Positions 54,716-62,429 of a stretch of 64,000 bases of DNA are shown in pieces. Position 1 is the stretch's first letter. Every line of letters begins with the position of its first letter. This stretch comes from an uncultured virus (IMG/VR IMGVR_UViG_3300031087_000497) (taxonomy: Duplodnaviria; Heunggongvirae; Uroviricota; Caudoviricetes). The notes under the pieces were generated by a model. The model had not been told where the DNA came from. It ran no database searches and saw nothing but the letters and a program-made list of their open reading frames with translations. The translations under genes were made by a program, and so were the position numbers. The stretch lies in the IMG/VR virus record IMGVR_UViG_3300031087_000497. One strand, written 5' to 3'.

Positions 54716-57700
54716 ATGACTGATCCCTATGCAAAGTTGACCGCTGCCGCGCATAGCGGTGCGTTCGGCCTTGGGTCCAAACGCCTGCCAACTGCCGAGC
54801 AGATACGTGCGGGCAACTATTCGAAAGGCAGTATGCGTCTGCATGGGCTCACCTTCACCATCGAAACCCCGATGTTTACGCCACGCTCCGGCAAGGAAGA
54901 TGGAAAGCCGTGGGCGATCGTATGCATGGCGAACTACGGCTACCTCAATGGTTACCAGGGCGCCGATGGTGATGCCTTCGACGTGTACGTGGGGCCAGCT
55001 CCTGAAAGTCAGCTAGTGGTGGTAGTCAACCAGGTCAAGAAAGACCGCAGCTTTGATGAGCACAAGGCGGTGTTGGGCTTCATGGATGTAGAGAGTGCCC
55101 TTGCGGGCTATCGCAATAGCTATGAACGCGGATGGCAGGGCCTGGGCAGTTACGTGGTCTGCACCATCAAACAGTTCAAGGCCTGGCTCAAGTCAGGCGA
55201 TCTAACCCGGCCCCTTGCGGCTGCCGATTTGATTCAGGATGAGGTGAAACCTATGACCGGTACTGTGGTTACCTGGGGCAGCGACAGCCTGCCCGTGGGC
55301 CAGTCGTTGGGCGCTGTCATGTACGGCCTGCGCTGCGATGATGCTGACAATCTGCTGCTGGACAGCGTGTTGATGTCCGACATCACCGAATATCTCGGCG
55401 ATGGTGTGATGCTGGATGCGATGGTGATTCCGTATGCCCAGTTTGAGCGCAAGGGCAAACAGCTGTTACGCGTGATGCAGGCCGCATCCGGTACCGTCAA
55501 AGCCGAAACAGTAGAAATCAGCCCGCCATTCAAGAACCGAGGCACCACGCAGGTGGCCATGCTGTTCACCATGAGCGATGGCCAGACCGTTTCGGTGTTC
55601 TTTCATAACCCGGATAGCACGCCCAACCGCCTGACCCCGACTGATGAAATGATCAGCTGGAAGTGGGTGCAGAACAAAAAGGACATCACCGTGGTGGTGG
55701 CGCCAGAGCGTGGCCAGGACATCAACCCGCGCCAGGTTGCCCGCCGCATCATGATGCTGATCGAGAAAAACAGCGCGAAGTTTGTTAAGGCCGCTGGTAC
55801 CAGTGCTGACAAGGCCGCGCAGGTCGAAGAGCTTAAAGGCCAGGTTCAGAGCAGGCTCACTGAGCTGAATGTTCTGGACGAGCAGATTACGGAGCTACAG
55901 GCCAAGGTTGATCAGCTACCGGCGCCGAACGAAGATTCACCAGGTGGCGCTGCTGCCGAGCCTGAAGTTGCAACGATTCAACAAGAGGCAGTCAGTGAGC
56001 CGCAACAGGACATGCTTGGTGATGACCCATCCCTACGTGACAACCGTTCTGACCTGGTAAAGCTGACCGAGGCTTTGAAGGCAGGTAACGTGATGGGCGC
56101 ACTTGGCGTGCTGGACGCGATTGTGGGCGTAGACGACCTTCGCGAAGTGGTGTTGAACGCTGGGTTCAGCCTGGGCGCCAGTGGCACCAAGGATGAGATC
56201 CTGGCTAGCGTTGGGCGTGACCTCGTGCAGGCCGCCAAGGCCAAAGTAGATGGCTTTGGTTTGCGCGCACTCAAGAACCCTGTGGCGCCTGATGAGTTCA
56301 ACGAGGCATACCCAGCATGGGAAACAGCCATGGTCGAAGCCCTGGCTCAACTGCTCGGAGTTGATTACGGTGATGCAAGCGGCGTGGCATTGGCCCAGGA
56401 CAACCTGGTGAGCCATCTGTACGTGGACAAGAAGAGCCCGCAGGACGCTGCCCAAGCCGTTCTAAAGGCATCCCAGGTCGCCGCTAGCACGCAGGAAGAG
56501 TCTGAGCCGACTGGTGATTATGAGACAGGCCAGACAGGCGATGCGCGTATTGAAGTAGCGGATACCAGTTTCTTACATCAGGGCACGTTGGTACGCACTA
56601 CAAACGGTACAGAGTATTCAGTTTGGAATGCCCGTGGTCCCTTGGTCGAAGTAGTACCAATCGTCAATGGTACTGCTGTGGTCGACGCTGATTCTAGGGT
56701 CCGGTTTCATGTCGACCCTGCGAGTGCGAGTCAATATCCAGAACGTCGCTCTGATCCGCTTTATGAAGTGGGGGCAGTTTTGCCAGGAAGTGCTGCCGAG
56801 CGCATTCAACAGGCGACAAAAGAGGCGGTTGCGGCTGCCTCCGAACCCAGCAGTGATGAGGCGGGGGGAGAGGAAGATACGGGTGAAATCACACCTGAAG
56901 GCCGCGAGAACACTGTAAAGACTGCCAAGGGCACAAAGGTTGTCACAGGCTTCAAGGTCATTGAGGCGAAGAACCTAATCATCAGCCACGAAGCCGACGG
57001 TACCCCTAACCCGGACTACCCAAGTGAGCTTCAGCCGCGTGACCGCGCGCGCGCGACGTCGCAGGCTTGGGTACAAAAAACCGCTCGTGACCTCGATCCT
57101 GATAGCCTGGGCCGCACCACGCGAGCTGACAGTGGCGCCCCGATCGTTGGTCCCGATCGCGTTGTGGAGTCTGGAAACGGTCGAACTATGGCTATCCGTG
57201 AGGCATACCGCATTGGTAAGGCCGATGAGTATCGGGAATGGCTGTTGGAAAACGCCGACTATTTCAAGGTTAGCGCCGCGAAGATCCAGAGCATGAAGGC
57301 GCCCGTGCTGGTGCGGGTGCGTATCAGTAACGTGGACCGGGCCGTGTTCGCGGTAGAGGCCAACCAGGACGACAAGCTGGCGATGACCGCGACTGAGAAG
57401 GCCCGCAGCGATGCAAAGCGCCTTGACGCAGCCATGATGGCCAAGTTAGCGGATGGTGACCTTACCACCGCGTCAAACCGAGACTTTATCAGCGCATTTC
57501 TGCAAAGCCTGGGTGATACCGAGGCGGCGCAGTACATGACCACCGACGGGCGCCCTACCGCCAGTTTGATCAGTCGCGTTCAGGCGGCGCTATTTGCTGG
57601 CGCGTATTCTGACGATCGCCTGCTGGAGCTGACTGCTGACTCCAGCAAGCCCGAGATCGCCAACATCGTCAGTGCTTTGAACATGGCGGCGCCGGACTTC

Positions 57701-58384
57701 ATGCGGGCTAAGGAGCTGGACGTAACTGGTACCGAGGCCGCTGGTGAGAAGGTAGCTGACTCCCTGGAGCTGTCGCTTGACCAGGAGGCGGTCAATGCGA
57801 TCATTAACGCTACGAATATGCTGCGCCAGGCAAAGGAGAGCGGCCTGAGCATTGATGAGTTCTTGCGCCAGGGCGATATGTTTGGTGATGTGGAACCGTC
57901 TGTGGCGGCCATGGCCATGTTCATCAGCAAGAACAACCGCAGCGCCAAGCGACTAGGAACCGCCTTCAAGGCCATGGCCCAGTTCGTAGAGTCGGAAGCC
58001 AGGCGCAAGCAGACAGCGGGTCTTTTTGGTGACCAACCGGCGAGCTTTGCCGATATCGTCAGCGCGGCCAACGCCCAACTGGAGAAGGAATTCGGTGAAG
58101 GTGTGTTTGCGATCGAGCAGTCAGACTTATTCAGTCCTCAGTCTCCGGCGCAGGTTGAGCCCCCTCCCCTCGACAACGACAAGGACGACGCCTTAAACAA
58201 AGCCAAAGCCTACCTGGACAGCGTGATTGAAGGGGCCGCCGACCTGAGTGACCCGGAAAGCGTCATGAAAGAACTGGAGCGGATCTATACCGCGTTTGGT
58301 GAGGGGGAGTTAAGCGGACTCTTTGCAGATGCCGCCGAGGCCTTCAGTCAGCACGCGCTCAAAGCCACAGCCGAGGTGTTTTGA
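54716..58384 (+). CDS. darA: Polyvalent DarA-like anti-restriction head protein (InPase-like + DarA_N + ddrB-ParB + DarA_C-like)
   Basis: YGYL..GADGDAFDVYVG..FDEHK; SDGQTVSVFFHNPDSTP..SWKW..KKDIT; LQPRDR..GAPIVG..VESGNGR; AYLDSVIEG. Confidence 0.8.
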   Translation: MTDPYAKLTAAAHSGAFGLGSKRLPTAEQIRAGNYSKGSMRLHGLTFTIETPMFTPRSGKEDGKPWAIVCMANYGYLNGYQGADGDAFDVYVGPAPESQLVVVVNQVKKDRSFDEHKAVLGFMDVESALAGYRNSYERGWQGLGSYVVCTIKQFKAWLKSGDLTRPLAAADLIQDEVKPMTGTVVTWGSDSLPVGQSLGAVMYGLRCDDADNLLLDSVLMSDITEYLGDGVMLDAMVIPYAQFERKGKQLLRVMQAASGTVKAETVEISPPFKNRGTTQVAMLFTMSDGQTVSVFFHNPDSTPNRLTPTDEMISWKWVQNKKDITVVVAPERGQDINPRQVARRIMMLIEKNSAKFVKAAGTSADKAAQVEELKGQVQSRLTELNVLDEQITELQAKVDQLPAPNEDSPGGAAAEPEVATIQQEAVSEPQQDMLGDDPSLRDNRSDLVKLTEALKAGNVMGALGVLDAIVGVDDLREVVLNAGFSLGASGTKDEILASVGRDLVQAAKAKVDGFGLRALKNPVAPDEFNEAYPAWETAMVEALAQLLGVDYGDASGVALAQDNLVSHLYVDKKSPQDAAQAVLKASQVAASTQEESEPTGDYETGQTGDARIEVADTSFLHQGTLVRTTNGTEYSVWNARGPLVEVVPIVNGTAVVDADSRVRFHVDPASASQYPERRSDPLYEVGAVLPGSAAERIQQATKEAVAAASEPSSDEAGGEEDTGEITPEGRENTVKTAKGTKVVTGFKVIEAKNLIISHEADGTPNPDYPSELQPRDRARATSQAWVQKTARDLDPDSLGRTTRADSGAPIVGPDRVVESGNGRTMAIREAYRIGKADEYREWLLENADYFKVSAAKIQSMKAPVLVRVRISNVDRAVFAVEANQDDKLAMTATEKARSDAKRLDAAMMAKLADGDLTTASNRDFISAFLQSLGDTEAAQYMTTDGRPTASLISRVQAALFAGAYSDDRLLELTADSSKPEIANIVSALNMAAPDFMRAKELDVTGTEAAGEKVADSLELSLDQEAVNAIINATNMLRQAKESGLSIDEFLRQGDMFGDVEPSVAAMAMFISKNNRSAKRLGTAFKAMAQFVESEARRKQTAGLFGDQPASFADIVSAANAQLEKEFGEGVFAIEQSDLFSPQSPAQVEPPPLDNDKDDALNKAKAYLDSVIEGAADLSDPESVMKELERIYTAFGEGELSGLFADAAEAFSQHALKATAEVF

Positions 58385-58386
58385 CC

Positions 58387-58527
58387 ATGAATCAAACGAT
58401 TATGAAGCGGATGATGCTCGGGGCGCTGTTGGCGTTGGCGCTGCAATGTCAACTGGCGATGGCGAAAGTTTGTGACACGGGCCGTTACCAGGAAGAGCGA
58501 ATAGCCACGCGGTGTTTACCGGCCTGA
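58387..58527 (+). CDS. 46-aa putative exported peptide
   Basis: Signal-peptide-like stretch, then KVCDTGRYQEERIATRCLPA. Confidence 0.4.
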   Translation: MNQTIMKRMMLGALLALALQCQLAMAKVCDTGRYQEERIATRCLPA

Positions 58528-58594
58528 TAAGAATATAAAGCGGCCTACCCTACCCGGATGTGCCCGCTACTTGCGGGCTTTTCTCTGAGCATAG

Positions 58595-58626
58595 AAAAAG
58601 CCGCTAGGCCTTAGCCTGCGGCTTTT
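58595..58626. terminator. Bidirectional terminator
   Basis: AAAAAGCCGC..GCGGCTTTT between convergent units. Confidence 0.65.
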
Positions 58627-58714
58627 ACGCACTTTACGCACTTTACGCACTTTACGCACTTTACGCACTTTACGTCACGTATGCACGTTGTGGACGTTGC
58701 GCAACGTGCGCACG
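58624..58714. repeat. 9-bp tandem repeat, candidate centromere (parS/parC)
   Basis: TTTACGCAC x5 followed by degenerate units. Confidence 0.75.
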
Positions 58715-59077
58715 CTACTGATCGTGTTCTTCTTGTGTATCGTCTTCAGCACCAACCACCTCGCGGAGCTTAGCAATCACGTCGGCCCTGGGCATCGAAA
58801 GGAGCAGCAGAACGCCTGCGCGCACTACATCGCTGCGCGTAGCCCGGAAGTTGCGAGGCATTATAGAGAGCTTGTCGATTTGCTTGTCTAAGGTCTCGTC
58901 CAGCGAGAAATTTACTCGTTTGGCCTTTGCCGCAGGCTTCTTTTTTTTCTCCGGCGCAGGGTCCGCGGCCTTTTGAGAAACCAGCGAGGCTGAACCGATG
59001 AACTCCAGTGCAGCGTTCTCGGTCGATTTTAAACGCGCTTCTGCATCTACCTTGCCAAGCCCCTTTAAGCCTGCCAT
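58715..59077 (-). CDS. Type Ib centromere-binding protein (RHH)
   Basis: KRVNFSLD..IDKL..TRSDVVRAGV; downstream of parA. Confidence 0.8.
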   Translation of the reverse strand: MAGLKGLGKVDAEARLKSTENAALEFIGSASLVSQKAADPAPEKKKKPAAKAKRVNFSLDETLDKQIDKLSIMPRNFRATRSDVVRAGVLLLLSMPRADVIAKLREVVGAEDDTQEEHDQ

Positions 59078-59730
59078 TTAGCGTCCCCCCATAGTTCTGA
59101 AGCAATGCTTCGAATTTCTTCAACAGCCTTATCGTCCAACGTGCTTTCCAGGACGCTGGCGCCGTTCTCATCAGCGTCGTCGTAGATGTTTCTGGCCATT
59201 GTGACGGCATCCAGCGTGGTAATGCCGAACGAACGGCAAATTTCCTTAGCGTCGAGAATGCGGACTACCTGGCTGGGTAATGACGGGCACTGTGTAATCA
59301 ATGCTCGCACCTGTAGGTTTGGATTGACTGCGGTGGCCAGCTTTACCAGTTCCGCCACTTTCGGGAGCGTTTTCAGGTCGCGGCGTTTAGGCCTGAAGGG
59401 TGTGATCATCAGGTCAGCAACCGTCATGGCAGAACGCAGGGCCTCGGAGTCGGCGCCTCCAGTATCCACCATCAGATGGTCATACCGCTTTGCCTGTTCA
59501 ATTAGCCATTCACGGATGTTCCCGTGAGCTTTTAGGCGGGGAATGATCCCCGCTGGGTTGGTAGTTCTAAGGCGCTCTTCCCTTTCCGCTGCCCAGTCAA
59601 AGCTGGTGCCTTGAGGGTCTGTGTCGATCAGTACTATGTCGCCACCCGCTTGCTTAATTGCCACCGCAAGGTTTTGCGCTACGCAGCTCTTGCCAACACC
59701 GCCCTTTTCGCCTGCCACGAGAATAATCAT
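59065..59730 (-). CDS. parA: ParA-family partition ATPase
   Basis: KGGVGKS, IDTDPQG, VDTGG. Confidence 0.93.
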   Translation of the reverse strand: MIILVAGEKGGVGKSCVAQNLAVAIKQAGGDIVLIDTDPQGTSFDWAAEREERLRTTNPAGIIPRLKAHGNIREWLIEQAKRYDHLMVDTGGADSEALRSAMTVADLMITPFRPKRRDLKTLPKVAELVKLATAVNPNLQVRALITQCPSLPSQVVRILDAKEICRSFGITTLDAVTMARNIYDDADENGASVLESTLDDKAVEEIRSIASELWGDAKWQA

Positions 59731-59740
59731 CGGTCACCCC

Positions 59741-59965
59741 TACGTTAACCAAAGTAAGTATGTTGTTCGCGCTACTTACCGTGTGTCGTGTACGCACGTT
59801 GCGCACAGATTATACGGTGTGTGCATTAAGTAAGGTAGCGAAAGTGAACACGGTATGCAACGTGCGTATGGTGTGTAAGGTGTTCACGTTAAGTATGAAG
59901 ATCACCGTGCGTAACGTGCGCACGGTGTTCATTGTGCGTAACGTGTGTAGTGTAAGTGCTGAGTA
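59741..59965. repeat. Degenerate 9-bp periodic array upstream of parA
   Basis: GTGCGTAAC GTGCGCACG GTGTTCATT GTGCGTAAC GTGTGTAGT..., reverse complement of the 58624 unit. Confidence 0.7.
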
Positions 59966-60036
59966 TGGCTAGCAATTACAAGGGATTCCCCAGTTTGATA
60001 AGCAACTATTTTTCCTGAGATGCGCGGCTTGTTCAT

Positions 60037-60077
60037 GCAAACGGGCTTCAGAAAGCGCTTTATTAGTGCATCAAAAT
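60037..60077 (+). promoter_or_regulatory. Putative late promoter
   Basis: GCAAACG-N28-CAAAAT. Confidence 0.65.
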
Positions 60078-60107
60078 TCAGGTCTGACTATGAAAGGCCT
60101 GTAAACC

Positions 60108-62429
60108 ATGCAAATCACTCCCATAGAGAAAGCCCGCCTCAGTTCACGGTTATTGGCCCTACGCGCAATGCTGGTCGGAGGTGCGCTGAGAGCCTTGGAA
60201 AAGGTCCGAGTCAGTGCTGAGGCTCTGGATATCCGCAAGAGGCTGACCGGCAAAACCGTGGCTGCCCCTGTAGTTGATTCTGAAACCGCTGCCGAGCAGG
60301 TAGCTGACGACGGTCTGAGCGACGACCCCAACAGCCCAAACTACCGCTATGCGGATGTTGGCTACATCCCTGGTAGCCGCAAAGAAGAAGCGGCAGGCGT
60401 CATTCGAAAGGCGCGTGCCGAGGGCCGTATGCTTCGCGGTACCGATATTGACTTCAATGCGATTGAGGAAACCCCGCGTGAGGCCAGGGCCTTGGTGGTC
60501 AAGTCCAATCTGTTCGGTGTGGTCGACTGGGCTGGACTGAGAGCGGGCGGTACAGAACCCGCAGCAGCGTTCCTGATGGACCGGGTGTATGCCTCAATCG
60601 CCAAGGAGCCCTCTGAGGACAGCGCCCAGGCGCGTCGGGCTTATGTGTTGGGTCTTGAGACGCTGCGCACGCGGTTGGAGCTTTGCAAGACGCCCAAGGA
60701 GCTTGTAGCCACGCTGACGGAGATCCGCGACGAGCTGCTGGGCTCTCAACTCAATGCAGATGAAGCAGAGCGATATCAGGAGATAGGAGACCGAACCCAC
60801 GCTTTAACCGTCCAAATCCGTGATATCGAAGCCGAGCAATCGAAGGCTCAAAACGCAATGTATGAGGCGAGCCGCCTCAACAACAAAGCCCAACGAGACC
60901 TGGACAACCGTCTGGCTCGTGGCTGGTCAGTTGGGTCAGAGCACGAAACGGCAGTGAGTGAGGCTGAAAAGGCCTATCGCCAGAGCATGAAAACATGGTC
61001 TGACCTCCTTGGTATGAACAAGCCTGTGCTGGAGGAATTGAATGCCGCCAGGGCTGCGCTGTATCAGGAACGCGCCGAAATCAAAGGGGTGGCCAAGTCG
61101 CGCAACTTGGACTCGCCCATCAACCGCGCGTGGATGTCGATGGGTGACAAGTTCGTCAAAGCTCTGATGTTCCGCAGTTCACGAGGCTCCGAAGCCTTCG
61201 CCCGTCATGTTTCCAATGCGCTTTCCGGCGACCCAAAAGACTGGGAGTGGTCAGAAAAGAGCGGACAAGTGATCCAAGGGGCCCCAAAGGAACCGACCAA
61301 AAAACGGCAGACGTTCGCGCTGAAGGTAGTGGATAAGTTCGACCGGAAGGGCGGGCGCCCTATATCAGTCAACTCAACGCTTTCTTTGCAGAAACTGTGT
61401 GGTTTTCGCGCGGTTCAGTCGGGTAACTGGGTGCTGGATGACCGTGACAGTTCCAAATGGCACGTAGAGCAAAGCGCTGGGGCCATGATGGACATGGCCG
61501 ACGTGCTGGGTATCAGTGAGGAAAAGCTTGGTTTCGGAGGGCGCTTGGGGCTTGCCTTTGGCGCCCGTGGTAAGGGGGGGAAGGGTGCCGCGACAGCGCA
61601 CTACGAGCCGATCATGCGAGCGATCAACATCACCAAGATGAACGGTGGTGGTGGCCTTGGCCATGAGCACCTACATGCGATGGACAACATCCTGCCGGGC
61701 CTGTTGCGCGGTGAACCTGGTGCGGCATCCGAATTTGCAACGGAAAACCCCAACCTGGTACCCGAAGGCCCAATTCGTGACGCTTTCGTCGGCCTCAAAC
61801 GCGCTCTAACCGAGGGCGAACACCGTCTGCCTGAAATCATCAAGTTCACGCCACGCACGTTTGGGAACGCCCGTCTGAACCTGGACAGGCCCAGCAACGA
61901 AATTGCGCGCCGGATTAAGGCTGCTGGTAATGCTGAAGCTGCGGTGAGAGCGGTGGATGACTACTTCGGAGCCAGGGTTGACGCTCGATCGCTCAAGTAC
62001 AAAAAGAACTGGCGAACGATCGCCGCCGCTTATTTCCTGCCAGAAGGTACGACCGATGTGCAGTTGAACACGGGTAGACCTGTGTCGCGATACATGACCG
62101 AGGCCATGCTGTTGGATGCCTCAAAGGAGGGTAAGTACTGGTCATCGGCGCCGGAGTTGGCTGCTCGTGCGTTCCAGTCCTACCTGGAGGACAAATTGGC
62201 AACCATGGACCGCCAAAACGACTATCTGAGCTGCCTGGCAGACAACAAACACCACTACTTCCCTGAAATGGGTGAGCCCTTCAAGCCTTACCCCGAGGGA
62301 GAAGAGCGGGCGCGCATCAGCGCCGCGTTTGATGAGTTGTTCAAGGCCCTGCGCGATGGCCAGGTGTTTGAGACGGCGCTGGCAAACACCGCGCTGCTGG
62401 ATTCGATTTTTGGGGGTTGCGATGAGTAA
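60108..62429 (+). CDS. Polyvalent protein with LPD1/zincin-like domain (DdrB-like)
   Basis: LGLAFGARG..AHYEP..INITK..LGHEHLHAMD; YWS..ELAARAF..YPEGEER. Confidence 0.8.
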   Translation: MQITPIEKARLSSRLLALRAMLVGGALRALEKVRVSAEALDIRKRLTGKTVAAPVVDSETAAEQVADDGLSDDPNSPNYRYADVGYIPGSRKEEAAGVIRKARAEGRMLRGTDIDFNAIEETPREARALVVKSNLFGVVDWAGLRAGGTEPAAAFLMDRVYASIAKEPSEDSAQARRAYVLGLETLRTRLELCKTPKELVATLTEIRDELLGSQLNADEAERYQEIGDRTHALTVQIRDIEAEQSKAQNAMYEASRLNNKAQRDLDNRLARGWSVGSEHETAVSEAEKAYRQSMKTWSDLLGMNKPVLEELNAARAALYQERAEIKGVAKSRNLDSPINRAWMSMGDKFVKALMFRSSRGSEAFARHVSNALSGDPKDWEWSEKSGQVIQGAPKEPTKKRQTFALKVVDKFDRKGGRPISVNSTLSLQKLCGFRAVQSGNWVLDDRDSSKWHVEQSAGAMMDMADVLGISEEKLGFGGRLGLAFGARGKGGKGAATAHYEPIMRAINITKMNGGGGLGHEHLHAMDNILPGLLRGEPGAASEFATENPNLVPEGPIRDAFVGLKRALTEGEHRLPEIIKFTPRTFGNARLNLDRPSNEIARRIKAAGNAEAAVRAVDDYFGARVDARSLKYKKNWRTIAAAYFLPEGTTDVQLNTGRPVSRYMTEAMLLDASKEGKYWSSAPELAARAFQSYLEDKLATMDRQNDYLSCLADNKHHYFPEMGEPFKPYPEGEERARISAAFDELFKALRDGQVFETALANTALLDSIFGGCDE

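Noticed and set aside
59760..59972. 70-aa ORF with Val every third residue
   Set aside because: By-product of the 9-bp DNA repeat upstream of parA
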